Below the pieces are notes generated by a model, which worked only from the letters and a program-made list of their open reading frames with translations, did not search any database and was not told where the DNA came from. A stretch of 59,534 nucleotides of DNA from positions 1 through 59,534 of IMG/VR virus record IMGVR_UViG_3300020393_000002. One strand, given 5' to 3'. Position numbers and translations under genes: made by a program. Of this stretch, positions 31,001 through 39,536 are shown piece by piece (the stretch's first letter is position 1; every line of letters begins with the position of its first letter). The DNA comes from a virus (Duplodnaviria; Caudoviricetes).

Positions 31001-34000
31001 TTCATCTTGGTAGCAAGGTTTTTGTAAAAGGGAACGTTAACTTCTACACAGAGGATAATGCACCTAAGCCTGTGGATAACTTGCCGTCAGATGTAAAATA
31101 TGTACCTTTTGAGACAGAAGTCTCATTGATAGATAGAAAGAATCAGGAAAAGTTTAGTCAATTACGAGGTGAGATAAGAGCCAATATATCCGCAGCAACT
31201 GATAGCATAACTGGGTTAAGTGAACTGCAAAAGGCAGCAAACAAAGGTGATGAAGATGCTATGGTTGCGCTACAAGAAGTTGCAATAAACTCTGTTGATT
31301 ATTTAACTCAAGCAATACCAAATGTAGAAGTAGAGTCAACTCCAGCCTACGGCTTGTACGGTAGCGATCTAGAGCCTGCCGTAGGATTGAAGATAACATT
31401 TGATGAAGGAAGAAAAGATCTAGCTTTATCTGCTCTTGAAAAATTTGCTCGAAACTTTAATCAAGAACAAATACATGTAAGACAAAGAGTGACTGACAGA
31501 TTTGGAAGATTTAATAATCTAGTTGGTTATCAGTTTGGTGATGGTAGTTACAACACACCTGTGGTTAATTTTAGATTAACAGAGTCAATACCAACAAAAG
31601 AGCTATCAAGTATAATAGATAAAACAGGATTGGCAGGTTTTACTGTCACTGACAAATCATTACAGGCTTATTATTTAGGAGATCCAAATGACAGAACAGC
31701 AATCAGAGACTTCAGAAAATCAGTTAGAGGAGCAAGAAAACTTCTTGGACCAAGAATTTCAAGCCTTGATACAAGAGTTGAAAGACTCTGGGCTTACGGT
31801 TCAGGATACGGGGCCACAAATTCCTATGAACAAATTAGAGGCGACTTTCCACTCCCAGAGACCGATCAAGCAGACAAAACAGCAAATAGAATAGCTAATA
31901 GATTAGCGCAAAGACTAGTAGATCCAACTGTACAGGCTAAGACTCTTACAGACAAACAAAAGAATCTACAGATGGAAATAGCTAAAGACTATGATGCTAT
32001 GGGTATAAATAACTTAGATAACCCAACTGTTAGAAGAGCATATACTGAATTAGCACAAGAGGTTACAGAGCAATACAATGCGATGCCTATAAAGGTAGAG
32101 ATATATCAAGACGAAGGTGAGCCATATACAGGCGCTAGAATGTCAGAGGCTATGAGAAAAGATATACTTGCCAATAACCATCTTTATATTTTTGGAACAG
32201 AAGCTGCTACATTTGGGCCGGAAGGCGTGGTCTATGATAATCACCCATTATTAGAACCAACAAATATAGTAGATATAAACGGAAGACCTATGCTTGTTAA
32301 TGATTTATTACGAGCTGTCCACGATTACTATGCGCATACAATGTCCACTGTTGGCTTTGGGCCATTAGGAGAAGAGGCTGCATGGCGTAATCACATGATT
32401 ATGACTAAGAGTCCCTATGCAAGATGGGCTTTGACATCAGAAACAAGAGGACAAAATAGCTGGGTCAATTTTAACGAAAGCGCTTTAGGTGTAGAGAAGC
32501 TGTCAGATAGGCCGTTTGCAGAGCAAAAGGTTGATTTACTACCTGTTAAATATCTTATTACCAATGACCCTGAGGTTGATGCTAGTCTTGGTGAATTAAC
32601 AGATAGCAATTTTGATGCAGATCCTGAGAAATACTCTATCAAAGGTATAAAGCCTAGAGATTTAACAATATTAGATAGAATGGATGAGAATGGTCAATTT
32701 GAACAAAGGGCTAAAGTTGGTTCTGTAAAAATGACTGAGGCTGTGAAACAACTGCATGCAGAAAGAGGCAATATAACACTTGATATAAATAATGCAGAAG
32801 ATAGAGAACTTGCAGAATTAGCTATGTTTGAAGAGTTAAAAGCTCAGGTAGAAGCAGATGAGTCAGCTATTGGTTGGTATGATGATAAGATCAAACTTGC
32901 TAAAAAGTTATATGCAATATCAATTCCTATAATTAAAACTGATAAGAACGCTGAAGCTGCATTTGAATTTGTGTTAGCTATATCTTCTAACGGCGAGGCA
33001 GTCGTTGCGCAGAGTAATGCATTAAAAACACAAATGGAAAATTGGGAAAGAACTGGTGAGTTATTATTAGAAAATCAAGGCAGTCAAGCATCTGCTATGG
33101 AAAAGTCTTTTTTAACGTATAATATATTAAAAAAAGAAAAAGGCATGACAGACTTGGAGATAAAGAAGTTCTTGCAAGTTGTTAGATCAAAAAAAGAAAT
33201 AGAAAATGATCCACTAATACAATCTTTAACAAGCCTAACTGGTGGTAAAGTTACATTTAAACAAGAGACAGCAGATGAAATGGTGCCAATGTCTTTTATA
33301 TTTGGTAGCAAAATAGGTGCATTTTATCAAAATATAATAGGAAATTATGAATATCTTACTATGGATAGATGGTTTATGCGTTTTGTAAATAGAATATTTG
33401 GCGTGCCATTTAGAACAATAGGAGAAACAACTCTTGTAAAGAATAAACAAGATGCGCTTAGAGAGTTCCAAAAAGCATTAGAGTCAGGCACAGAAGATGA
33501 AATTAGTAGAATTAAAGTTGCAACAGATGAATTAGGCACAGATATAATTAATATATCGAATGTTGGAGAGCTTTCTACTTTAATAAATGGTAGATTTAAC
33601 AAAGATGTTGAAAGAATAAGAAGAAAGAAACTTGGAACAAAAGAATTTATAGACACATATAAAACAGAGTTTTTATCAAGAGCGCAAAGATTAGCTGAAA
33701 ACTTAGAGACAAGACTGCAAGAGACACCAAAGACACCGACTAACAGAAAACAGTTTAGGGTTTTATATAATAGAGTTATTGATAGATATAACAGACAGAC
33801 TAATAGACAAATAACTGTTGCTGACTCACAGGCTGTGTATTGGTACGGTGAAAAAAGATTATTTAAGAGCATCGGGGTAGCCCCGGGACAAGGTAGCGAT
33901 AACGATTATGTAGACGCAGCAATAGCATTTTTAAGAAAGGAAGGCATAGATGACCAAACCATTGGAGAAGCACTCCCCCCAACAGAGCGAGAGCGACTCG

Positions 34001-37000
34001 CTGATAAGCGAGGTGCAGGACAAGGATCTATCGATTCTACTGGACAGGTTGATACAAATATCGGGCATGAAAAAAGAGAGTACACCGAAGAAGAGTTAGT
34101 TGATTACGATCCGGCTAAAGACGTTGATCCTAAAGATTTAGAGTTAATTAAAGAAACAATAAACGATCAAAAGTTTGCCATGATATCAACTGGCAAACAA
34201 AACTCTGCGTATGGTGCAACAGGAGAGCTGGGTAAATATTTATACGGTGTTATAAATCTAGATAATAGAAGTCTTCCTGTGTTTTTTGTAGATGGTAAAC
34301 ATGAAGAAATACCCAGAGGTAATACATTTTTGTATAGTGGATTTGGAAACGATCACATTACAGCAGTAAGACCAACAACTGGTAAAAGCCATGAGCAAGA
34401 GTTATTAGAAACATTTAAATATAAAAATATAAAAGATTTGTTTTATGATAATCTTGCAAAATTATATTACCAGCAGAATAGGGATGACGTTAATAATGGC
34501 GTAGAGATTGTCAACACTACAGCAACAGGTGTTAGGCTAGAGTTTAACAGGACCCCACAAAGAGGGGCAAAGCAAAATAAATTTGTTATGCCTTTAAAAT
34601 TTGTTAAACGAGGAGAAAAGTTAGATGAGACAAGTCCTTCATTTAAGTTTGATTCTTTTGTTATAAGAACAGGTTATCCAGAAGAAAAACTATTTAAACA
34701 AAGTATGTTAAGCACTGCTTCTATGAATCAGCAAGAAACACCTATGAGTGGTGCTATAGAAAAAGGTATATCTAATACTAGAATAAAAATACAATACGAT
34801 AATCTATCTAGAGTTTTAGCAAAAGCTGGACATAAATTTAGTCTTGGTAGAATTGAAGAAGAAAATTTAAGAAAAGCCGCACAAAATTTATTAATTCAAG
34901 TTCAAGACAGATTTCTTCCTATTGGTGCTTTGATGGACAAGCTAAGAGAGAATGGTGCTGAGATTACTGATGCCATGGACACTTATATGCAAGAAGAATT
35001 ATTTCATGGAATAGCAGGTGCAAAAGTAGAAAAAGCACAAAAAGAATTTTTTAAACCAATGATTGAAACAATAGATACCTTAAATGTTAATCAAGACTCA
35101 TTAAATACATTGTCTAGAATATCTAATTTTTATAAAACAGCAATTGATGGCAGATATCCTAGTAGAAAAATGGCACTTGCAGACGCCATCCTTTACGCTG
35201 CGCATGCGAAGGAGAGGAATGATTATTTAAAAAATCCAATCGCATCTGGTATGCATACCAACGAGGCTGATAGAATAAATAAATGGATATTGACATTGCC
35301 TGACTCTGAGAAAACAAAGATAAAAAATATTAAAAACTTTGCAAAATCTATAGTCAAGAACACAAATGAAGAAAGAAAACAAGGTGGCCTTATTCCAGAG
35401 GTGTTTACTGATAAAGAAGGTAATCAGTATGAGAGAATATATGAAAACTATGTTCCACTAAGGGGTGACTTAAACTTTGAAGATGAAGCAGATAGTGACA
35501 GCAAGAGAGAAGAGAGAGCTGAAAACTTTGTAATACAAAATTTATTTGGTGCCACGAAGAGACCGGACCGTAAAGCAAGGGGAAGAATAAGATCAAAAGA
35601 GGGTGAAGCAGAAGATTTCTACGCAGAAAATATAGTTGCTACACTATTTGCACAAAATAATAAATCTATTGCAGATGCTGAAAGAAACAAGGTTGGTTTA
35701 AGTTATTTAAATCTTGTTAGAGGCATAGAAGATGGGACCACAGAAGTTAACGATAACTTAAAGAAAGAAATGCAGCACATAAGTGCGGTTTATTTTAATA
35801 AAGACGACATACCAAAGGATTTAGGCGAAAAAGAACAGTATCTAACTGTTAGAGAAAATGGCAGAAATGTTTACATAACACTTAACGATGCTAGAATAGC
35901 TAGGGCTATGAAAGGATTTATGACTCCTGATAGTGTAGGCGGCTTTACAAGAGCCTTAGGTAAACTGAATAGATATTTATCTAATATTAATACAACATAC
36001 AATCCATCTTTCGTTATACCAAACTTTGCTAGAGACTTAGGAACTGCTGGTGTAAATGTTCAACAGTATGACGAAAAAGGTTTAATGTCTGAAGTGCTTA
36101 AGAGTGCGCTACCTGCGGTGAAAGGCATATCTAAGAATTTAAGAGATGGAGATGTTGATAGCTTTTGGGCAAAAGAGTATACAAAGTTTGTAGAGTCAGG
36201 TGGTAAAAACGCAACCAACCAAATGAATGACCTTCAAGATCAAATGAATAGTATAAATAGTATACTTAGTGATGTGTCTGATAATAGTAAAAAAGGGAAA
36301 TTAGGCTTAGTTAAAAAAGGTTTTGGTAAATTAGGTAAGTTCTTAGATGATTACAATACAGCAGTTGAAAATGGTGTGCGTGTCTCATTATACACAGCGC
36401 TTGTAAAAAGAGGGGTTAGCACGGCTAGGGCTGCACAAGCAGCAAGAAACCTAACAGTCAACTTTGCGAAGGGTGGGGAGCAGAAGCAATTTTTAAATTC
36501 ATGGTATTTATTTTATAACGCATCAATGCAAGGATCAATGGCACTGATAAACGCTGCAGTTAAGTCGAAGCGGGTAAGAAAAGTGTGGGCTGGATTATTT
36601 GTTTATGGAGCTATGCAAGATGCATTTAACTCATTGTTGTCAGGTGATGAAGATGAAGATGGAATTAAAGACTATGATGAACTTCCAAGATATATATTAG
36701 AGCATAATTTTGTATTACCAACATTTGGTTTGGCAGAAGATAAGTTTATTACAATACCATTAGCATATGGTATGAACTTAGCTGTAAATGCAGGAAGAGC
36801 TGTTTCGAGAGCTGCTAGGGGCGAGTATACACCCGGGGAGGCTAGCCGGACCATATTTGGTACTGCATTTGAAAGTTTAAGTCCTTTTGGTGGTTTTGAT
36901 AATTTTTATAACTTGGCAGCTCCTACAGTGCTGGACCCATTTGTCAGTGTGGCTATCAACGAGGACTACAAAGGTGACCCTATATTTAAAGAATCACCTC

Positions 37001-37635
37001 AGTTTGCATCAAGACCTACACCTAATAGTCAGGCATATTGGTCAAGCACAAGTGGCACAGCAGTAACAATAGCTAATTTCTTAAACAGCATATCAGGAGG
37101 AGATGCAGTAGAAAGTGGCTTTATTGATCTTTCACCAGACGTTATGGAGTTTTGGTTTGATTATACAACTGGTGGTGTTGGAAGGTTTGTTCAAAGATCA
37201 CTAGAATCGCCTTTCAGGATATATGACGCTATCAACGAGGACTTACAAGCACCACTAACTAGTGTGATACCTTTTGCAAGAAAGGTAATAGCATCTCCAA
37301 GTGAGAGAGAAGATGTATCAAGTTATTTGGAAAATAGAAAAGCGTTATTCACGATACTAGCACGATACGACTTAGCCAGACGATCTGGTGATGTAGAATT
37401 AACAAGAGAAATATTCAGGGATAATAGAGAGCAGTTAAGTATTGTTCCAAGGCTCAAGGCAATAGACAACGCAAGAAACAGATTACTAAGACAAATAAGA
37501 GAGATAGAAAGAAACCCAAGACTAGATGAGAAAGTTATAAAGAACCTTATAAAGATAAGGAGGGATAGGATTAACGACCTCATGAGGCGTGGGCTTATCC
37601 TGATGAGGTCGGCTGGGTTTAGAGAGGCAAGTTAA
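28027..37635 (+). CDS. giant polyvalent ejection protein (HExxH peptidase, several effector domains, LPD38-like C-terminus)
   Basis: 3202 aa; HEIIH at 30007-30021; C-terminal IPLAYG, NEDYKGDPI, YTTGGVG. Confidence 0.8.
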   Translation: MATFDVSNPLDGRLYTFEIDGDTPTEQESLEIQQFLALRGQENVAEQVPDDGNLFTKGVSRGIDQLQRAYGDALVGVGKGFGIEGLVNYGQEVSEENTRQLEEQAKDARRLDSINDLSTFGDYAASTFGEQLPNLAPSVIGGVVGSIFGPAGTVGGIKIGTMIGAGLANLPYFYGTFVPSATDPVTGDVNQLKALTYAAPSAALDTLGDLLVTAGFAGKLLSGGGLFTRAGKGVGKGVAAEVPTEIGQEILQRHAEGKPLWNQEALDTYIEVAAAAGLVGGTVSSVGNIVGGDKDKQPDKISQLDSDDRIMAQQVQTMNTNAVNFINQQKDIESFKSTDGKFVTLSQLPDHIQDEIKDKRIQEITYADVVSGTTDFDLETNKETLTQDELDVAIDRTNDLEADTKDLDYNKVKDAVKKEGQFTQAIAKKALKTKSKKPIPQSKINGIRDKLLQNNIIKKDKAKLVATLSEEQDIRIKSEQLKARVKSIMKDMDKLQKEKKKLGAIGDLSIDQVNRLDEINGEIDDLSKKYSDTSKAATNLASRSDRKLGKNVIRLGQIIPPLEAKNAFDNANFKTDEYKAKQNAVQKSLKASLAAIGLGNIKLDFKPILTPRGQRPEEAIAEGTVTEGVYSNKTIALAMEIYDPSLTETELQQRLGSVMNHEIIHALFELGVFTQQEQNILVNAAKNRKYVQIINGEKVERKYTYLDRANRMYQTKSDGSKYTAEEQAEEAIAELYRDFADGKIVLGGKPKTLFGRIINFFKTLFQSHKEAGFNKAGDLFRDIGSTNFQRRVSEAEKKSASPDALQDSIERESRLVGPSIIPDNVLETAQFIRANKQNSTDQTKIMNKLFKNRQLEEGQMVTVRPNLNGFVQLDDGSIGMTQTVHPAKSYGTALGYDSVVAIKDSELMVSPQKRADIYKGVTRTGVKQDKVPMAGGYGGITNISRQEIEDIVSNPDNILSFNPGSEARGINGTHLFTDKNGYAVKSIKGTAVHLGSKVFVKGNVNFYTEDNAPKPVDNLPSDVKYVPFETEVSLIDRKNQEKFSQLRGEIRANISAATDSITGLSELQKAANKGDEDAMVALQEVAINSVDYLTQAIPNVEVESTPAYGLYGSDLEPAVGLKITFDEGRKDLALSALEKFARNFNQEQIHVRQRVTDRFGRFNNLVGYQFGDGSYNTPVVNFRLTESIPTKELSSIIDKTGLAGFTVTDKSLQAYYLGDPNDRTAIRDFRKSVRGARKLLGPRISSLDTRVERLWAYGSGYGATNSYEQIRGDFPLPETDQADKTANRIANRLAQRLVDPTVQAKTLTDKQKNLQMEIAKDYDAMGINNLDNPTVRRAYTELAQEVTEQYNAMPIKVEIYQDEGEPYTGARMSEAMRKDILANNHLYIFGTEAATFGPEGVVYDNHPLLEPTNIVDINGRPMLVNDLLRAVHDYYAHTMSTVGFGPLGEEAAWRNHMIMTKSPYARWALTSETRGQNSWVNFNESALGVEKLSDRPFAEQKVDLLPVKYLITNDPEVDASLGELTDSNFDADPEKYSIKGIKPRDLTILDRMDENGQFEQRAKVGSVKMTEAVKQLHAERGNITLDINNAEDRELAELAMFEELKAQVEADESAIGWYDDKIKLAKKLYAISIPIIKTDKNAEAAFEFVLAISSNGEAVVAQSNALKTQMENWERTGELLLENQGSQASAMEKSFLTYNILKKEKGMTDLEIKKFLQVVRSKKEIENDPLIQSLTSLTGGKVTFKQETADEMVPMSFIFGSKIGAFYQNIIGNYEYLTMDRWFMRFVNRIFGVPFRTIGETTLVKNKQDALREFQKALESGTEDEISRIKVATDELGTDIINISNVGELSTLINGRFNKDVERIRRKKLGTKEFIDTYKTEFLSRAQRLAENLETRLQETPKTPTNRKQFRVLYNRVIDRYNRQTNRQITVADSQAVYWYGEKRLFKSIGVAPGQGSDNDYVDAAIAFLRKEGIDDQTIGEALPPTERERLADKRGAGQGSIDSTGQVDTNIGHEKREYTEEELVDYDPAKDVDPKDLELIKETINDQKFAMISTGKQNSAYGATGELGKYLYGVINLDNRSLPVFFVDGKHEEIPRGNTFLYSGFGNDHITAVRPTTGKSHEQELLETFKYKNIKDLFYDNLAKLYYQQNRDDVNNGVEIVNTTATGVRLEFNRTPQRGAKQNKFVMPLKFVKRGEKLDETSPSFKFDSFVIRTGYPEEKLFKQSMLSTASMNQQETPMSGAIEKGISNTRIKIQYDNLSRVLAKAGHKFSLGRIEEENLRKAAQNLLIQVQDRFLPIGALMDKLRENGAEITDAMDTYMQEELFHGIAGAKVEKAQKEFFKPMIETIDTLNVNQDSLNTLSRISNFYKTAIDGRYPSRKMALADAILYAAHAKERNDYLKNPIASGMHTNEADRINKWILTLPDSEKTKIKNIKNFAKSIVKNTNEERKQGGLIPEVFTDKEGNQYERIYENYVPLRGDLNFEDEADSDSKREERAENFVIQNLFGATKRPDRKARGRIRSKEGEAEDFYAENIVATLFAQNNKSIADAERNKVGLSYLNLVRGIEDGTTEVNDNLKKEMQHISAVYFNKDDIPKDLGEKEQYLTVRENGRNVYITLNDARIARAMKGFMTPDSVGGFTRALGKLNRYLSNINTTYNPSFVIPNFARDLGTAGVNVQQYDEKGLMSEVLKSALPAVKGISKNLRDGDVDSFWAKEYTKFVESGGKNATNQMNDLQDQMNSINSILSDVSDNSKKGKLGLVKKGFGKLGKFLDDYNTAVENGVRVSLYTALVKRGVSTARAAQAARNLTVNFAKGGEQKQFLNSWYLFYNASMQGSMALINAAVKSKRVRKVWAGLFVYGAMQDAFNSLLSGDEDEDGIKDYDELPRYILEHNFVLPTFGLAEDKFITIPLAYGMNLAVNAGRAVSRAARGEYTPGEASRTIFGTAFESLSPFGGFDNFYNLAAPTVLDPFVSVAINEDYKGDPIFKESPQFASRPTPNSQAYWSSTSGTAVTIANFLNSISGGDAVESGFIDLSPDVMEFWFDYTTGGVGRFVQRSLESPFRIYDAINEDLQAPLTSVIPFARKVIASPSEREDVSSYLENRKALFTILARYDLARRSGDVELTREIFRDNREQLSIVPRLKAIDNARNRLLRQIREIERNPRLDEKVIKNLIKIRRDRINDLMRRGLILMRSAGFREAS
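31688..31894 (+). CDS. possible overprinted acidic ORF in the +1 frame of the giant gene
   Basis: AGGAG 6 nt before ATG; 68 aa, E/Q-rich. Confidence 0.4.
   Translation: MTEQQSETSENQLEEQENFLDQEFQALIQELKDSGLTVQDTGPQIPMNKLEATFHSQRPIKQTKQQIE
33950..34099 (+). CDS. possible overprinted ORF in the +1 frame of the giant gene
   Basis: AAGGAAGG 5 nt before ATG; 49 aa, MTKPLEKHS...LSILLDRLIQIS. Confidence 0.35.
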   Translation: MTKPLEKHSPQQSESDSLISEVQDKDLSILLDRLIQISGMKKESTPKKS

Positions 37636-37651
37636 AAGTTAACATTAACCT
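37636..37651. promoter_or_regulatory. operator copy (1 mismatch)
   Basis: AAGTTAACATTAACCT right after the giant gene stop. Confidence 0.5.
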
Positions 37652-37729
37652 CTAGAAGTTCACGATTTTAGTGTGTTAAGTTATACGCTGCCGAATCAAA
37701 TCGCTAGACATACACGAATAATAGCTTGT

Positions 37730-38059
37730 TTATAGCTTGATTGATCTTATGTTTGCTTGTTGAGTTCTCCAAGCCTCTATCTTAACTTCAGCAGATGCCC
37801 TAAAGAATCTCATACGTTCATCTTCGTATATCGCATCTTTCATTAACTTTAGGTGTTCTTTGTATTCATCATGTGCATAAGCCTCTCTTTCCTGAGCAGA
37901 AACAGATAGCTCAGGATATTTGCTCATGAGTATAGCCTTTATAGACTTTCTGTATTCCTCTAAGTATATTCTTGTTGCTCTAGCCTTAGCACATTTTTCT
38001 GAGTTATCTCTTAGCCAATCTACGGCTTTCTGCACTTCTTCTTCGCTAATAGACTTCAT
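37730..38059 (-). CDS. conserved helical phage protein (possible recombination mediator)
   Basis: AQEREAYA..EY and KIEAWRT.QAN motifs. Confidence 0.6.
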   Translation of the reverse strand: MKSISEEEVQKAVDWLRDNSEKCAKARATRIYLEEYRKSIKAILMSKYPELSVSAQEREAYAHDEYKEHLKLMKDAIYEDERMRFFRASAEVKIEAWRTQQANIRSIKL

Positions 38060-38277
38060 CTATTCTTTCCTTTCTTTATCTTAATTAATTCCCTCAGATA
38101 CCATTGTGCTTTTTCTAAATCTTCAAGAAGATTTTTATGCTTATATCTCCAAACGTATTTGATTACGTTTCCTTGAAGGTAGTACTCGTAACCCTCTCCT
38201 AATGCACTTTTTATTGCATCTATGCACTCTACCTTACCTTTTCTGTAGTGCTTTGGTCTGTTTACATTATCGTTCAT
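38056..38277 (-). CDS. DUF3310 (SaV-like) protein
   Basis: DNVNRPKHY..G..ECIDAI, GNVIKYVWR, EDLEKAQWYL. Confidence 0.85.
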   Translation of the reverse strand: MNDNVNRPKHYRKGKVECIDAIKSALGEGYEYYLQGNVIKYVWRYKHKNLLEDLEKAQWYLRELIKIKKGKNR

Positions 38278-38281
38278 TTTA

Positions 38282-38551
38282 TTACATCTCCAATAATCCA
38301 TGACAAGCCTTGCAGACACATATACATTTATCTATCTCTGCATTGACTTTCTTTATACATCTATCTTGACTAACTATCTCTGCAACGGCTTTGTATTTAG
38401 TTTTTGGCAAAACATGATGCCATTGCAAATTCCTAGGATTTTCATTATATCCACATCTTTCACAACCCCTTTCTATTTTTATTTGATTTACATAATCTCT
38501 TAATCTAGCTCTACTTCTCGCCCACTTACTTATCATTGTTTCTCCAATCAA
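38282..38551 (-). CDS. HNH endonuclease
   Basis: CERCG, WHH, EIDKC..VCKACH. Confidence 0.75.
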   Translation of the reverse strand: MIGETMISKWARSRARLRDYVNQIKIERGCERCGYNENPRNLQWHHVLPKTKYKAVAEIVSQDRCIKKVNAEIDKCICVCKACHGLLEM

Positions 38552-38972
38552 CTATTGGTTTAAATTCTTCTATATTGAAATGACACATGGGTTCTACATC
38601 TTGCCAATCTGATCTATCTACACGACCACCCTGACGGCAAACAAAATCGTTACTGAAATCAATCCAACCAATAACGTCTACCCACGATACTATTAAAACT
38701 GATTTTGTATTCGTTATACTTGCTAGTTCTCTTGCTTTTATAACTTTGTCTAGCGATATTATATAAGTTTGGAAATCGGACTTTCTATACTTTCGCCGTT
38801 TTACTTCACAGAAACCTCTTAAATTATCTGATTTGTAAAGAGCATAATCCAATCTGTATGACATGGGCAGTTTACAAAAATTGACATTCCACTTATTAGA
38901 AACAATCTTTATAATACTGCCCTCGTTTGACAAGTCATAGCTTGTCTCATATTTTGGTCTACTGTAGTCCAT
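38526..38972 (-). CDS. PD-(D/E)XK-like nuclease
   Basis: YRLDY...FCEVKRR. Confidence 0.6.
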   Translation of the reverse strand: MDYSRPKYETSYDLSNEGSIIKIVSNKWNVNFCKLPMSYRLDYALYKSDNLRGFCEVKRRKYRKSDFQTYIISLDKVIKARELASITNTKSVLIVSWVDVIGWIDFSNDFVCRQGGRVDRSDWQDVEPMCHFNIEEFKPIVDWRNNDK

Positions 38973-38974
38973 AG

Positions 38975-38990
38975 AAGTTACTATTAACTT
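38975..38990. promoter_or_regulatory. operator copy
   Basis: AAGTTACTATTAACTT at a gene junction. Confidence 0.6.
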
Positions 38991-39202
38991 TCAGAAGTTG
39001 CTGATTTGCTTTTTACCCAATTTTCAACATCATCTTTTTTCCAAAGTTTTTTCCTAGTTAAGATGGCATATCCCTTTGGAAAGCTATCGTCTTTTTTAAG
39101 AATAGAATAAAAAGACATTCTGCTTAAATGTAGGTATCTCATAACTTCATCAGAAGTCAGCCATTCATCATCTATACTACTATCATGGTTGTTGTCCGAC
39201 AT
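38984..39202 (-). CDS. AlpA/excisionase-like HTH protein
   Basis: WLTSDEV..YL.LSR.SFY...FPK...W...DVENW; start ATG 39202 with GAGG RBS. Confidence 0.75.
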   Translation of the reverse strand: MSDNNHDSSIDDEWLTSDEVMRYLHLSRMSFYSILKKDDSFPKGYAILTRKKLWKKDDVENWVKSKSATSES

Positions 39203-39212
39203 ATTTCCCTCA

Positions 39213-39536
39213 CTAGAATGGTTTGTTACTCTCTTTTTCTTTAGGAATATTTGCAGTAATCCTGAGCCATGGTTTGCCACTTTTAGCAATCTTCTTCCAA
39301 CCACTCAAATCCATGTCTAGATGAAACATCTTGTCTTTGTCTACTTTAGACCAATCGATATCAGGTTTTTGTTGCTCCCATTCCATAACTTGTTTTTTTC
39401 TTTTTGCAATCAAATCATCTAATACGTCAGATGTAATATGCAAGTAACCATTGTAGTCAGGAGAATTTTCCCCTCTTCTTTGTTCATTGGTAAATAAAGA
39501 ACCACTAGGTTTATAATCTTTTTCTTTGATAGCCAT
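39213..39536 (-). CDS. putative ssDNA-binding protein
   Basis: SGSLF.N...PDY.G, LSGW, SGK.WL, C-terminal PF. Confidence 0.6.
   Translation of the reverse strand: MAIKEKDYKPSGSLFTNEQRRGENSPDYNGYLHITSDVLDDLIAKRKKQVMEWEQQKPDIDWSKVDKDKMFHLDMDLSGWKKIAKSGKPWLRITANIPKEKESNKPF

Noticed and set aside
1579-37583. Many minus-strand and off-frame ORFs in the track over structural genes
   Set aside because: Shadow frames of well-supported genes with no motif and no RBS noticed; only 31688 and 33950 were kept because of their RBS
37600-37635. CTGATGAG as a third hammerhead core
   Set aside because: No stem II closure followed by GAAA, and it lies in coding sequence
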